Assembly (NCBI GenBank): GCA_963713045.1
Contig: CAVQKE010000004.1
Coordinates: 224,001 to 288,000 of the forward strand
Reading direction: 5' to 3'
Length of the DNA: 64,000 nt
Source of the DNA: an uncultured delta proteobacterium
GTDB taxonomy: Bacteria; Myxococcota; Myxococcia; Myxococcales; Myxococcaceae
In this document: positions 30,710-41,615 of the stretch, in pieces
Numbering within the stretch: the stretch's first letter is position 1
Layout of the letters: each line of letters begins with the position of its first letter
The notes under the pieces: generated by a model
Seen by the model: the letters and a program-made list of their open reading frames with translations, nothing else
Told to the model about the DNA's origin: nothing
Databases searched by the model: none
Made by a program: the position numbers and the translations under genes

Positions 30710-31735
30710 ATGCTGATTCTCCTCCACGCGGATGTGACGGCCGAGCAGCAGCGGGACGTCGAGGACTACATTCGCACCCTCGGCTTTACCCCGCACGTCA
30801 TCCCCGGCACGCAGCGGACCGCGATTGGCATTACCGGCAACAAGGGCGCGGTCGACCCGGAGCCTTTCCGCCTGATGCCCGGCGTGGCGGATGCCATTCC
30901 CGTCAGCCAGCCCTTCAAGCTGGTGAGCCGTGAGGTGAAGCCCGAGGACACCGTCATCGACTTCGGCCAGGGCCTGTCCATCGGCGGTCCGGAAGTCATT
31001 GTCGCCGCCGGCCCCTGTTCGGTGGAGTCGCGCGAGCAAATTCTCTCCACCGCCGAGGCGGTGCAGGCCCAGGGGGCGAGGATGCTGCGGGGCGGGGCCT
31101 TCAAGCCCCGCACCTCGCCCTATGAATTTCAGGGCCTCAAGGGCGACGGGCTCCAGCTGCTGGCGGAGGCGCGCACCCAGACCGGGCTGCTGGTGGTGAC
31201 CGAAGTGAAGGACACCGAGAGTCTGCCGTTGGTGGCCGAGAAGGCAGACGTTTTGCAGATTGGCGCGCGCAACATGCAAAACTTCTCGCTGCTCGAGGCG
31301 GTGGGGGAGTTGCGGCGGCCAGTGCTTCTGAAGCGCGGAATGAGTGCCACCCTGAAGGAGATGCTGATGGCGGCGGAGTACATCGTCGCGCGCGGCAACC
31401 GCCAAGTGATTCTCTGCGAGCGCGGCATCCGGACGTTCGAGACGATGACCCGCAACACCTTCGACATCAACGCCATCCCGATGCTGAAGCAGCTCTCGCA
31501 CCTGCCGGTGTTTGCCGACCCGTCGCACGGCGTCGGAGTCCGCGGCAGCATCCCCAGCGTCGCCCGCGCCGCAGTGGCGGCCGGCGCGGACGGGCTGCTC
31601 ATCGAAGTCCACCCCAACCCGGCCAAAGCCCTCTCCGACGGCGCCCAATCCCTCACCTTCGCCGAATTCGAGTCGCTGATGCGCGGGGTGCGGGCGGTGG
31701 CGGCGGCGGTGGGCCGCTCCGTCGCCGGGGCATAG
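30710..31735 (+). CDS. aroF: DAHP synthase type I-beta with N-terminal regulatory domain
   Basis: [57 protein letters not shown]. Confidence 0.95.
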   Translation: MLILLHADVTAEQQRDVEDYIRTLGFTPHVIPGTQRTAIGITGNKGAVDPEPFRLMPGVADAIPVSQPFKLVSREVKPEDTVIDFGQGLSIGGPEVIVAAGPCSVESREQILSTAEAVQAQGARMLRGGAFKPRTSPYEFQGLKGDGLQLLAEARTQTGLLVVTEVKDTESLPLVAEKADVLQIGARNMQNFSLLEAVGELRRPVLLKRGMSATLKEMLMAAEYIVARGNRQVILCERGIRTFETMTRNTFDINAIPMLKQLSHLPVFADPSHGVGVRGSIPSVARAAVAAGADGLLIEVHPNPAKALSDGAQSLTFAEFESLMRGVRAVAAAVGRSVAGA

Positions 31736-31742
31736 CGCCCCG

Positions 31743-33056
31743 GTGCGCGCCTACCTGCGTCGCGCCCGCAGCTTCGACGGGGCCGTCGATGTGCCAGGGG
31801 ACAAGTCCATCTCCCACCGGGCGCTTCTCTTCTCCGCGCTGGCCAACACGCCGCTCACCCTTCAGCACCTTGCGCCGGGAGCCGACGTCCGCTCCACCGC
31901 CGCCTGCCTTCAGGCGCTCGGCGTCGAATGCACTCACCGGGCGGACGGCGTGCTGCAGGTGCGGGGCCGCGGCGCCCTGCTGCCGCCCGGCGGACCACTC
32001 GACTGCGGCAACAGCGGCACCACCATCCGGCTACTTTCCGGCCTGGTCGCCGGGGCCAGCGTCCCAGCGACGCTGGATGGCGACGCCTCGCTGCGTCGGC
32101 GGCCCATGGCGCGCATCCTCCGGCCCCTGCGCGCCATGGGGGCCCGGGCCGCAGGGGATGTCTCACACTCGGATGAATACGCCCCCCTTCATTTTTCTGG
32201 AGGCGCGCTTCACGGCCACGCGCACCAGCTGCGGGTGGCCAGTGCCCAGGTGAAGAGTTGCCTGGTGTTGGCTGGGCTGCAGGCGGACGGCGTGACCTCC
32301 ATCCGCGAGCCGGAAGCCTCCCGGGACCACACGGAGAGGATGCTGCAAGCCTTTGGAGCGCCGCTGCGCGTCACCTCCGACGGTACGGTGCTGGTGGAGC
32401 GACTGACGCGGCCGCTGCAGCTGCCAGCGCATCTGCGCATCCCGGGCGACCCGTCCTCGGCGGCCTTTTTTGTCGGCGCCGCGGTGCTTGTCCCCGAAGG
32501 CCGCATCCGCTGCACAGCGGTGGACGTCAACCCCACCCGCACCGGTTTCCTCCGGGTGCTGGCACGGATGGGTGCCGAGGTACGGCTGGAGGCTGCAGCC
32601 GATGAGGCCGGGGACCCGGTGGCCACCCTCCACGTCCGCGCTGGCGCCCGGCTCCAGGGCACCACCATCCATCCCACTGAAGTGCCCTCTCTGCTGGACG
32701 AGGTGCCACTTCTGGCCGTCGTCGCCAGCCAAGCGGAGGGGGTGACTCGCCTCTCCGGGGCAGCGGAACTCCGGGTGAAGGAGTCCGACCGGCTGCGACA
32801 GGTGTGCCTGGCGCTTCGGGCCATGGGCGCAGAGGTGGAGGAGACGGAGGACGGCTTTGCGGTGCAGGGGCCTTCGCCGCTGCAAGGCGCCTACATCGAC
32901 GCGGCGGGAGACCACCGCATCGCCATGGCCTTCGCCGTCGCCGGCCTGGTTGCCGAGGGCGAAACGGCCATCGAAGGCGCGGAGTGGGCGGACATCTCCT
33001 TCCCCGGCTTCTTCCAGGCGCTGTCGGCGCGCTCGGCCGGCGCGGTGAGGCTGTGA
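31743..33056 (+). CDS. aroA: 3-phosphoshikimate 1-carboxyvinyltransferase (EPSP synthase)
   Basis: PGDKSISHRA, DCGNSGTT, RRPM, ASAQVKS, RDHTE, LRVKESDRL, DHRIAM. Confidence 0.97.
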   Translation: MRAYLRRARSFDGAVDVPGDKSISHRALLFSALANTPLTLQHLAPGADVRSTAACLQALGVECTHRADGVLQVRGRGALLPPGGPLDCGNSGTTIRLLSGLVAGASVPATLDGDASLRRRPMARILRPLRAMGARAAGDVSHSDEYAPLHFSGGALHGHAHQLRVASAQVKSCLVLAGLQADGVTSIREPEASRDHTERMLQAFGAPLRVTSDGTVLVERLTRPLQLPAHLRIPGDPSSAAFFVGAAVLVPEGRIRCTAVDVNPTRTGFLRVLARMGAEVRLEAAADEAGDPVATLHVRAGARLQGTTIHPTEVPSLLDEVPLLAVVASQAEGVTRLSGAAELRVKESDRLRQVCLALRAMGAEVEETEDGFAVQGPSPLQGAYIDAAGDHRIAMAFAVAGLVAEGETAIEGAEWADISFPGFFQALSARSAGAVRL

Positions 33057-33901
33057 CGCAGCCCGGGCGCTATGCGGTGGTGGGGGACCCGGTGGCCCAC
33101 TCGGCCAGCCCTCGCCTCTTCGCTGCCCTCGGGCGGCAACTGGGCCTTCCGCTGGACTACCGCGCGGAGCGAGTGACGCCGGGGGGGCTGGCGGAGTTTC
33201 TCGCGGGCACCCGGGCGGGGGCCTACCAGGGCCTCTCAATCACGCTGCCCCACAAGGAAGCGGTGCTGCGGCTGGCCGACAGCGCCTCGCCGACGGCCCG
33301 CGCGGTGGGCGCCGCCAACTGCCTCCTCGTCCAAGGGGGCCGCCTGGTGGCCGACAACACCGACGGGGTGGGGCTGCTGAAAACGCTCGCCGGGCATGGG
33401 GTGACGCTGTCCGGAGCAGCCGTCCTTCTCCTCGGCGCCGGGGGGGCGGCCCGGGCGGCCGCCCAGGCCGCGCAGGCCTCCGGCCCGAAGACGCTGTGGG
33501 TGTCCAACCGGACGGCGGAGCGCGCGGTGTTGCTGGCCGAGGTCTTTGGCGGCCAGGCCGTCCCGCTGCAAAGGGCCGCACTGCAGCCGCTGTTGGACGT
33601 GGCCGACGTCCTCATCCAAGCCACGTCTGTGGGCTTGGGGCGGCCCACCGAGACCGCCCTGCCTGCAGGGTGCGTGCTACACCCCCGACTCACGGTGCTG
33701 GAGATGGTGTACCAACCCCTGGAGACGGCGCTTCTGCAGTCGGCGCGGGCCGCCGGAGCGCGCAGCGTGGACGGACTGTGGATGCTGGTCCACCAGGCCT
33801 TGGAGCAGCTGAGGCTGTGGACCGGGGTGGTGGCGCCTGGTGCGTTAGCGGCGGAGCTGCACCAGCAGCTTGCCTCCAGTGGGGTGGAGGGCGCCGGATG
33901 A
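33053..33901 (+). CDS. aroE: Shikimate dehydrogenase
   Basis: GTG 33053; GDPVAHSASP, ITLPHK, GAAN, NTDGVG, LGAGGAARA, GLWMLVHQA. Confidence 0.95.
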   Translation: MTQPGRYAVVGDPVAHSASPRLFAALGRQLGLPLDYRAERVTPGGLAEFLAGTRAGAYQGLSITLPHKEAVLRLADSASPTARAVGAANCLLVQGGRLVADNTDGVGLLKTLAGHGVTLSGAAVLLLGAGGAARAAAQAAQASGPKTLWVSNRTAERAVLLAEVFGGQAVPLQRAALQPLLDVADVLIQATSVGLGRPTETALPAGCVLHPRLTVLEMVYQPLETALLQSARAAGARSVDGLWMLVHQALEQLRLWTGVVAPGALAAELHQQLASSGVEGAG

Positions 33902-35622
33902 GTCGGCTGCGTTTCCTGACCGCCGGGGAAAGCCATGGCCCGGCGCTGTTGGGCATTCTCGAGGGGCTGCCCGCCGGGCTTCCCTTGCAAGCGGCGGACA
34001 TCAGCCGGGACTTGGCTCGCCGACAGCTGGGGTACGGGCGCGGCGGGCGGATGAGAATTGAAACCGACGTCGCGGAAATTCTCTGTGGCGTGCGCTTTGG
34101 CACCACCCTCGGCTCGCCGTTGGGCCTTCTGGTGAGAAACCGGGACTGGGAAAATTGGACCGAGCGGATGCGGGTGGGGCCCGGGCCGCTCGACCCGCGT
34201 CCAGTGCGGGTGCCTCGCCCCGGGCATGCCGATTTGGCCGGCGCGCTCAAGTACGGCCAGACGGCGGACTTGCGTGACGTGCTGGAACGGGCCTCGGCCA
34301 GGGAGACGGCGATGCGGGTGGCCCTCGGCGCCGCGGCGCGCGTCCTGTTGCGGGAGTTGGGAATTCAGGTGGGCAGCTACGTGCGCCGCATTGGCCAAGC
34401 CGAGGCCGACGACGCCGCCAACACCTGGCCCAACCTGCTGCGCGAAGACGCGGAGGGGTTGGCGCTGCTGGCCGACGCCACCGAGACGCGGGCCCTCACC
34501 CAAAGTGCGTCGGCCCGTCTGGTGGCCGCCATCCAGGAGGCGCAGGCGCGACGAGACACCTTGGGGGGCGTCATTGAGGTGGTCGCCAGCGGCGTGCCCC
34601 CCGGGCTGGGCAGCTACGTCCAGGCGGACCGCCGGTTGGACGCGCGGCTTGGCGCAGCCCTCCTCTCGATTCAAGCCATGAAGGCCGTCGAGGTGGGCGA
34701 CGGCATCCGTGGGGGCATCGCCTACGGCAGCGACACCCATGACCCCATCGTCCTGGAAGGTGGCCGCCTGGTGCGGACCGGCAACCGCGCCGGGGGCCTG
34801 GAGGGCGGCGTCACCAACGGCGAGCCGCTGGTGCTGCGCGCCGTCATGAAGCCCATCTCCACCGTCCCCGCCGCGCTTCCCTCGGTGCACCTCGGCACGC
34901 TGCAGGCAGTGCCGGCCCACGTCGAGCGCAGCGACACCTGCGCCGTCCCCGCCGCGGGGGTGGTGTGCGAGGCGATGGTGTGCTTGTGCCTGGCCGACGC
35001 CGTCCTCGAGGCGCTGGGCGGCGACACCCTCGCCAGCCTTCGGCATGGGTTTGCTCGGCTTCGACTCTCGGTGCGGACCGGACTGGGGCAAGTGTTTCTC
35101 ATCGGCCCCATGGGCGCGGGGAAGACGACGGTGGGGGAACATCTGGCTCGGCTTCTCGGCCTTCCCTTTGTCGACTTGGACGCGCTTCTCGAAGCGCGCC
35201 TCGGTGCCAGCGTGGCGCAACTCTTCAGCGCCGAGGGCGAAGAGCGCTTCCGGCAGCGGGAGGCCGAGGCGTTGGCAGAATTGGAGAGCGGCTCGCCCGC
35301 GGTGGTGGCGCTCGGTGGCGGGACGCCGTGCGTGGAGGAGGCGTGGCGTCGGATGCGTCGCGCCGGGGTGGTGGTGGCCCTGGAGGCCGCCCCAGCGGAG
35401 CTCGTCCGGCGCTTGACGGCTGCGCCGGGAGGCATTGCCGCTCGCCCGCTTTTGCAGGGGGGCGAGCCCGAGGCTCAGCTCGAGGCGCTGCTTCAAGCCA
35501 GGCACCACTGGTACGCCCGCGCCGATGCGCGCCTGCGCACCGACGGCCTGACGCCGGAGTCGGCCGCCGGCGCGGTGCTTGGGCTGCTTCGCGCATTGCA
35601 GGGGCCGCTGGTGTCGACGTGA
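33898..35622 (+). CDS. aroC: Chorismate synthase fused in frame to shikimate kinase (AroC-AroK)
   Basis: TAGESHG, PRPGHADL, ERASARETA, NRAGGLEGG, MKPIST, ERSD, then without a stop VFLIGPMGAGKTTVG, DLD, FRQRE, ALGGG, RPLL. Confidence 0.93.
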   Translation: MSRLRFLTAGESHGPALLGILEGLPAGLPLQAADISRDLARRQLGYGRGGRMRIETDVAEILCGVRFGTTLGSPLGLLVRNRDWENWTERMRVGPGPLDPRPVRVPRPGHADLAGALKYGQTADLRDVLERASARETAMRVALGAAARVLLRELGIQVGSYVRRIGQAEADDAANTWPNLLREDAEGLALLADATETRALTQSASARLVAAIQEAQARRDTLGGVIEVVASGVPPGLGSYVQADRRLDARLGAALLSIQAMKAVEVGDGIRGGIAYGSDTHDPIVLEGGRLVRTGNRAGGLEGGVTNGEPLVLRAVMKPISTVPAALPSVHLGTLQAVPAHVERSDTCAVPAAGVVCEAMVCLCLADAVLEALGGDTLASLRHGFARLRLSVRTGLGQVFLIGPMGAGKTTVGEHLARLLGLPFVDLDALLEARLGASVAQLFSAEGEERFRQREAEALAELESGSPAVVALGGGTPCVEEAWRRMRRAGVVVALEAAPAELVRRLTAAPGGIAARPLLQGGEPEAQLEALLQARHHWYARADARLRTDGLTPESAAGAVLGLLRALQGPLVST

Positions 35623-36713
35623 TGCGCACCGCGTGGGTGACTTCGTCGTCCGGACGCTACCCGGTGCGCGTCGGCCGCGGCTTGTTGGCCGAGGTCGGAC
35701 CCTCCCTGCGCGCCTCCGGGTTTCACGGCCGGGTGGCTGTCGTCTCGGACGCCACCGTGCTGGAAGCCTGGGGCCCGGTGCTGCTGCTCAACCTGGAGTC
35801 TGCCGGCTACTCGCCCGCGGTGCTCAGCATTGTCCCCGGAGAGGCGAGCAAGACGGTGTCCACCGCAGAAGTCTTCTGGGGACGCCTCATTGAATCTGGC
35901 TTTGGGCGCAAAGACGTGCTGTTGGCGTGCGGCGGGGGCGTGGTGGGAGACCTCGGTGGCTTCGTCGCCGCCACCTTTCACCGCGGCATGCGGCTGGTGC
36001 AGTTGCCCACCACGCTGCTCGCGCAGGTGGACGCCTCCATTGGTGGCAAGGTCGCCGTCGACCACCGCCTCGGGAAAAACTTGGTGGGCGCCTTCTACCC
36101 GCCGGAACAGGTGATGGCCGACGTCGAAGCGCTTTCCACGCTTCCGCCACGCGAGCGCTGGAATGGGCTGGCCGAGGTGGTGAAAATCGCGCTGGTGCGC
36201 GACGCCGACTTCGTGGCCGACTTGGAACGGGATTTGGAATTGCTGGCGGAAGGGCCGGTGAGCGAGCAACTGGAGGCGGTGGTGGCCCGTGCGGCGGCCC
36301 TCAAAGCCGACGTCGTCTCAGCCGACGAAAAGGAGGCAGGCCTGCGCATGTTGCTCAACTTCGGCCATACGCTGGGTCATGCCTTGGAGGTGGCCACCGG
36401 CTACGCATCCCTTTCCCACGGAGAGGCGGTGGTGGCCGGGATGCGGGTGGCCATCCGCCTTTCGCGCCGACTGGGCCACTTGCAGGACGCCGAGGAAAAG
36501 CGCGCCCTGACGCTGCTGGACCGCTTTCCACGCCCCTTGGGGTTGGTGCCTCCGGGCCGCGAGGCGCTGCGCGCCCTGACGCTGCGGGACAAAAAGGCGG
36601 TGGGAGGGACAGTGCGCTACGTGGTGATGACGGGCATTGGCCAAGGGGCCATTGAGGGCCTGTCCCCGGAGCGCTTGGAAGAAGCGGTGGAACTGGCGGT
36701 GGAAGTCCTGTGA
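35622..36713 (+). CDS. aroB: 3-dehydroquinate synthase
   Basis: GEASK, GGGVVGDLGGF, PTTLLAQVDASIGGK, KNLVGAF, LNFGHTLGHALE, HGEAV. Confidence 0.97.
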   Translation: MRTAWVTSSSGRYPVRVGRGLLAEVGPSLRASGFHGRVAVVSDATVLEAWGPVLLLNLESAGYSPAVLSIVPGEASKTVSTAEVFWGRLIESGFGRKDVLLACGGGVVGDLGGFVAATFHRGMRLVQLPTTLLAQVDASIGGKVAVDHRLGKNLVGAFYPPEQVMADVEALSTLPPRERWNGLAEVVKIALVRDADFVADLERDLELLAEGPVSEQLEAVVARAAALKADVVSADEKEAGLRMLLNFGHTLGHALEVATGYASLSHGEAVVAGMRVAIRLSRRLGHLQDAEEKRALTLLDRFPRPLGLVPPGREALRALTLRDKKAVGGTVRYVVMTGIGQGAIEGLSPERLEEAVELAVEVL

Positions 36714-37138
36714 ATGTCCTCGTGCTGCATGGGCCGAACCTCAATCTGCTCGGCGAGCGCGAGCCCCACCTCTACGGCAAAGGCACGCTGGCCGAACTGG
36801 ATGCACGCCTCGTCGCCCGGGGCGCAGAGTTGGGGTTGGCGGTCCGCTGCTACCAGAGCAACCATGAAGGCTCGCTCATCGACTTCCTTCAAGCCGAGCG
36901 CAAGTGGGCGCAAGGGGTGCTTCTCAACGCCGGCGCCCTGACGCACACCTCGTGGGCCCTGCACGATGCCGTGACAGCCGTCGGCCTTCCGTGTGTCGAA
37001 GTCCACCTCACCGACGTCTCTCGCCGGGAGCCTTGGCGTCAATTCAGTGTCTTGGAAGACGTCCGCAGAGCCGTCTTCCAAGGGAGGGGCGTCGAGTCCT
37101 ACTTCGAAGGCCTGGCGTTTCTGACGACGTTGCGCTGA
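36710..37138 (+). CDS. aroQ: Type II 3-dehydroquinate dehydratase
   Basis: HGPNLNLLGEREP..YG, QSNHEG, NAGALTHTS, EVHLT. Confidence 0.96.
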   Translation: MNVLVLHGPNLNLLGEREPHLYGKGTLAELDARLVARGAELGLAVRCYQSNHEGSLIDFLQAERKWAQGVLLNAGALTHTSWALHDAVTAVGLPCVEVHLTDVSRREPWRQFSVLEDVRRAVFQGRGVESYFEGLAFLTTLR

Positions 37139-37274
37139 GCGGCCCCGGTGCACGCTTGGGGGGGGACAGAAAGTTCAGGCTGGAATGTGCGGCGCCACGC
37201 CCGGTTGTTAGCGTTGCGGCCGCGGGGCCTCGGGGGTCGCCTCCCCCTTGCCGGCAAGAGGAGAGTCGTCAGCC

Positions 37275-37739
37275 ATGGCCAACCTCACCTTCACCCTCAA
37301 CGGACAGCCGAAGCGTGTTGACGTCGATGCAGAGATGCCGCTGGTGTGGGTGCTGCGGGACGTCCTCGGGCTGACCGGCACCAAATTCAGCTGTGGCGTC
37401 GCCCAGTGCGGGGCCTGCACCGTGCTTCTGGACGGAAGGCCCACGCGCAGCTGCGTCCTCGCCATGTCTTCGGTGACAGGCAAACACGTCACCACCGTGG
37501 AAGGGCTGTCCGCCGACGGGAGCCACCCGGTGCAGCGTGCCTGGGTGGCGGAGCAAGTGCCCCAATGTGGCTACTGTCAATCTGGTCAACTGATGAGTGC
37601 CGCCGCGCTGCTGGCCGAGAAGAAGGCGCCCACCGACGCCGACATTGACGCGGCCATGTCTGGCAATTTCTGCCGCTGTGGCACCTATTCCCGCATTCGC
37701 CGGGCCATCCACCGCGCGGCCCGGGAGGGCAGCCAGTGA
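37275..37739 (+). CDS. (2Fe-2S)-binding subunit, isoquinoline 1-oxidoreductase alpha (IorA)-like
   Basis: [16 protein letters not shown]...[18 protein letters not shown]. Confidence 0.95.
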   Translation: MANLTFTLNGQPKRVDVDAEMPLVWVLRDVLGLTGTKFSCGVAQCGACTVLLDGRPTRSCVLAMSSVTGKHVTTVEGLSADGSHPVQRAWVAEQVPQCGYCQSGQLMSAAALLAEKKAPTDADIDAAMSGNFCRCGTYSRIRRAIHRAAREGSQ

Positions 37740-39844
37740 CTCTCCTCAGCAAGGTCAGCCGCAGGAAGTTTCTCCAAGCGACGGTGGTCGGCGGAACTGG
37801 CCTCGTCCTGGGCATCGGCTACCGCAGCGCCCAGGCGGCGCCGGGTGCGCGGTTTGAGCCCAATGCCTTCCTCGCCATTGATGGGTCCGGACAAGTCACC
37901 CTCTGGGTGGCGAAGTCCGAGATGGGCCAGGGCGTACGGACGGCACTGCCGATGGTGGTGGCCGACGAGTTGGAAGCGGACTGGGAGCAGGTGCACGTCG
38001 AGCAGGCCCTGGCTGAACCCAAGTACGGGGACATGGGCACCGGGGGCAGCTCAAGCGTCCGCGACTCCTATCTCCCCTTGCGGACCGCCGGAGCCGCCGC
38101 CCGGGAGATGCTGGTGGCGGCGGCCGCTGCGCGTTGGGCGGTGGATGCCTCCAGCTGCCGGGCCGAGATGGGTGCAGTCCTGCATGCCAGCAGTGGCCGG
38201 CGGCTCGGCTACGGCGAGTTGGTGGCCGACGCCGCGAAGCGACCGGTGCCGGCGGCGCCGAAGCTGAAGGACCCAAGTCAGTTCCGCTACATCGGCACGC
38301 CGATGCCCCGGGTGGACATTCCGGCCAAGGTGAATGGCAGCGCCGTCTACGGCATCGACGTGCGCATCCCCAACATGCTGGTGGCCACCGTGCTGCGCTG
38401 CCCCGTCGTCGGGGGCAAGGTGGCCAAGGTGGACGACGCTGCGGCCCGGGCGATTCCCGGCGTCCGGCGCGTCCTGCCTTTAGACGACGGAGTGGCCGTC
38501 GTCGCCGACGCGACCTGGCCGGCGCTGCGGGGACGCCAGGCGCTGGTGGTTTCCTGGGAGGCCGGCCCCCATGCCGGCCTCAGCCAGGAGGGCATCTGGC
38601 GCAAGCTGCAGTGGGCGGTCCAGACGTCCGGCGCCACGGCCCGGCGGGAAGGCGATGTGGGTCGGGCACTCTCCGGGACTTCCCAGAAGCTGGACGTCAC
38701 CTACCAGGCGCCGTTTCTCGCCCACCTCACCATGGAGCCGCAGAATTGCGTGGCCGACGTGCGCGCCGATGGCTGTGACATCTGGGCCCCGACGCAGGTT
38801 CCGGACAGCGCGCAGGAACGGGTTGCGAAGCTGTTGGGATTGAATCCCCAGCGTGTCGTCGTCCACACCACCTTTCTCGGTGGCGGCTTTGGCCGCCGCC
38901 TGGAGACGGACTTCGTCCTGGAAGCCGTCCAACTTTCCAAGGCCGTCGCTGCGCCGGTGAAGGTGGTTTGGACGTTGGAGGACGACTTCGCGCACGACTT
39001 CTACCGGCCGCCCAGCGTGCACCGTCTGCTCGGCGCCCTCGACGCCGGTGGACAGCCCATCGCGTGGCTGCACCGTCTGTCGGTGCCCTCTCGGTCGCCG
39101 GACCGCCTCAAGAATGGCATCGACCGCGGAGCCCTCAACGGGGCGTTGACCGTCCCCTACGCCATCCCCAACCTCGAAGTACAATTTGCCGCCAACTCCA
39201 CACCGGTGCCAGTGGGGCCCTGGCGGAGCGTCGCCCACTCCTACAATGCCTTTGCGGTGGAGAGCTTCATCGACGAGTTGGCGCACCTGGCCGGGAAGGA
39301 TGCCCTGGCCTTTCGGCGGGCACTTCTGGGGAGAGCCCCCCGGCACCTGAGGGTGCTGGACTTGGTGGCGGACAAGGCGGGGTGGGGCAGTCCGCTGCCG
39401 AAGGGCCGTGGCCGCGGCCTGGCCGTGCACGAGTCCTTCGCCAGCGTCGTGGCGGAGGTGGTGGAAGTGACGGAGGAGGGTGACGGCTTCCGGGTGGACA
39501 AGGTGGTCTGCGCCGTGGACTGTGGCACGGTGGTGAACCCCAACACCGTCCAGGCCCAGGTCGAGGGGGGCGTCGTCTTCGGTCTCAGTGCAGCGCTGCG
39601 CGAGGCCATTACCGTCGACGCCGGCCGTGCCGTGCAGACGTCCCTGTCTGAATACGGGCCGCTGCGGATGCGCGACGCACCCGTCGTCGAGGTGCACGTC
39701 GTCAAGACGAATGAGCCGCCGGGCGGCATTGGTGAGCCGGGGGTCCCACCGGTGGCACCGGCCGTGGCCAACGCCGTGTTTGCCGCCACCGGTAAACGCC
39801 TCCGGCTCCTGCCGTTGTTGTCCTCCAACCGGGGAACTGGGTAG
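37736..39844 (+). CDS. Molybdopterin-binding subunit, xanthine dehydrogenase family (IorB-like), Tat-exported
   Basis: Twin-arginine SRRKFLQ, SEMGQG, TGGSSS, GGGFGRR, WRSV, AQVEGG, GGIGEPG. Confidence 0.95.
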   Translation: MTLLSKVSRRKFLQATVVGGTGLVLGIGYRSAQAAPGARFEPNAFLAIDGSGQVTLWVAKSEMGQGVRTALPMVVADELEADWEQVHVEQALAEPKYGDMGTGGSSSVRDSYLPLRTAGAAAREMLVAAAAARWAVDASSCRAEMGAVLHASSGRRLGYGELVADAAKRPVPAAPKLKDPSQFRYIGTPMPRVDIPAKVNGSAVYGIDVRIPNMLVATVLRCPVVGGKVAKVDDAAARAIPGVRRVLPLDDGVAVVADATWPALRGRQALVVSWEAGPHAGLSQEGIWRKLQWAVQTSGATARREGDVGRALSGTSQKLDVTYQAPFLAHLTMEPQNCVADVRADGCDIWAPTQVPDSAQERVAKLLGLNPQRVVVHTTFLGGGFGRRLETDFVLEAVQLSKAVAAPVKVVWTLEDDFAHDFYRPPSVHRLLGALDAGGQPIAWLHRLSVPSRSPDRLKNGIDRGALNGALTVPYAIPNLEVQFAANSTPVPVGPWRSVAHSYNAFAVESFIDELAHLAGKDALAFRRALLGRAPRHLRVLDLVADKAGWGSPLPKGRGRGLAVHESFASVVAEVVEVTEEGDGFRVDKVVCAVDCGTVVNPNTVQAQVEGGVVFGLSAALREAITVDAGRAVQTSLSEYGPLRMRDAPVVEVHVVKTNEPPGGIGEPGVPPVAPAVANAVFAATGKRLRLLPLLSSNRGTG

Positions 39845-40264
39845 GGCCGCGAGGCAGGTCTCGCGCTTCTGCCGGAGGACCCGCCAAACGAAGTCCGCTC
39901 ATTCCCGGGGAGCCGGGCTTCCTCGGCAGAATACCGGCGGCGCCGCCGGGGCCGTTCATCGGGGTCACTTCGGGGGTCTTCTTTTCCATCGGTCAGACTC
40001 GCTTCCAACTTCATCGAGCCGGTCCGGTCCTTCAGGGGGCGACATCACCCATGTGCTAAGTGCGCGGGCTGCGGCCGGGTGGCGCAAGAACTGAGAACCG
40101 TTCCAGCCAACCGAGGGTGCTCACCCCTTCGCGGATTCAGCGCAATTCTTGCGTCGGACGGTCCTCGGCGCGCACCAAGGACGTCGGCCGTAAGACGGCC
40201 CAGCCTGCTTCCAACAATGGCGCAAGACGTGCATTCGCTCCAGGAGAGGGCTCCGGGTGGGCGT

Positions 40265-41167
40265 TTAGGGTCCGGTTGCTGCCTCGTTGACATGGACCGA
40301 GCCCCAAAGCATCGACCGGTCATCGACGGCGACGTTGGTTGCCGAAGCCCCCTCTGGCTCGCCGAAGCTACGGAGCACCAACTTGGCGCGGTGGCGTGCA
40401 GCTCGGCGCACGGCTGCCAGGAGACGAGCGCGGTAAGCGAAGGGCGCGCCGTCAAGGACGTTGGAGAGGGTGAAGCCGTCGAAGCTTTCAGGAGGAAGCG
40501 ATTCCAGGTACCCGGCTGCGTCGGCGCAGTGCAGCTCCAATGGGTGCTGCGGTTTGGGCGCGGGTGGGTAGTCTCCCAGGAGCAGGGCCCTCGCAAAGGG
40601 GTTCCCGGCATTGGGATGGTGCCGGAAGCAACGCTCCATCCGTGCCCTCATCACCGCCCCGAAGCCTTGCGGCAAGACGCTCAGGAAGGGTGAGGCATAG
40701 ACCTGGCGGAGCCCGGTGACGGACAGAAGAAGACCCACGCCTGCGCGAAAGCGCCGTGTGTCGAGGTGCTGATGCCAAAAGTCGAGCTGTGGTTGCGTGG
40801 AGTCGAAGCTCAGAAACTCCGCCACCAGGGCGCGGCGCCAGCCGGCAAGCCGGAGGAATGCGCGCCCGACGGCCAGCAAGTGCTCGGCGGCGCCGGCCTT
40901 TGCCGGGCCCCCCTCGACGCGAGACCGCGCGTAGATGACCTGTACCGGGTTGATGTCCACTGCCACCACCGAGTGCCGCTCGGCGAGCGCCAGGGCCATG
41001 TCTCCGGCCGAAGCGATGCAGAACACTCGCCCACCGGGCGGGAAGGCCCGTGCCTCGATGGAGGCGTCCTCGTACATGTGCCCGAACAACAGGCGCTGCG
41101 GCGCCACCCGCGCGTCGAGGCGCCCCCGGCCCCAGGGAGTCTCAGGCGTAAGCGCCCCCCCCCTCAC
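40265..41167 (-). CDS. DUF3419 / BtaA-like SAM-dependent transferase
   Basis: GTG 41167 overlapping the upstream stop; LLFGHMYED, CIASAGD, AVDINPVQ, FTLSNVLD resemble BtaA-family motifs. Confidence 0.75.
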   Translation of the reverse strand: MRGGALTPETPWGRGRLDARVAPQRLLFGHMYEDASIEARAFPPGGRVFCIASAGDMALALAERHSVVAVDINPVQVIYARSRVEGGPAKAGAAEHLLAVGRAFLRLAGWRRALVAEFLSFDSTQPQLDFWHQHLDTRRFRAGVGLLLSVTGLRQVYASPFLSVLPQGFGAVMRARMERCFRHHPNAGNPFARALLLGDYPPAPKPQHPLELHCADAAGYLESLPPESFDGFTLSNVLDGAPFAYRARLLAAVRRAARHRAKLVLRSFGEPEGASATNVAVDDRSMLWGSVHVNEAATGP

Positions 41168-41556
41168 CGGGTGCCTTGCGTCGCCGCTACCCAAACCAGA
41201 ACCAGGAAGGCGAAGTTCTTCACGACCATCCCCCCGGGGTCGTGGATGAGCCGCCGCGCGAAGATGAGGCCATTCGCATTCATCCCCACCAGCAGCGCGC
41301 TCTGGGCCACTGCTCCCCAGACGGGCTGCCACCCACTGAGAACCCAGGCTGCCAGTCCGCACTCGAGAACACCGAGGGTGCTGAGCACGGCCGGCCCGCG
41401 GACCGGTCCGAGAAAAGGCACCGCCGAGGCGATTTCGCCCTGGCTGGGCAGGCGTCGAAGGACCTTGCACCACAGGCCCTCGTACAGCCATACCGCGGCG
41501 ATGGCGCTGCGGATGAGAAGCAACGGAGGCATCAGGTGAAACATCGTAGCTCGCAT
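41164..41556 (-). CDS. DoxX-like family membrane protein
   Basis: AAVWLYEGLWCKVL, LGVLE, DPGGMVVKNFAFL; about four TM segments; start could be 41556, 41544 or 41532. Confidence 0.78.
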   Translation of the reverse strand: MRATMFHLMPPLLLIRSAIAAVWLYEGLWCKVLRRLPSQGEIASAVPFLGPVRGPAVLSTLGVLECGLAAWVLSGWQPVWGAVAQSALLVGMNANGLIFARRLIHDPGGMVVKNFAFLVLVWVAATQGTR

Positions 41557-41615
41557 CGCCACGAGGAGCGCGCCTCCAAGCGCTGTTGGATGGCCCTGTT
41601 CGTCCAGAGGAAGCC

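Noticed and set aside
39702..40014. Short minus-strand ORFs downstream of the iorB-like gene
   Set aside because: Low-complexity translations that overlap iorB, with no SD or family motifs
41155..41163. C9/G9 homopolymer at the start of the DUF3419-like gene as a phase-variation tract
   Set aside because: Currently in frame and there is no evidence of length variation from a single sequence; read-level heterogeneity would be needed
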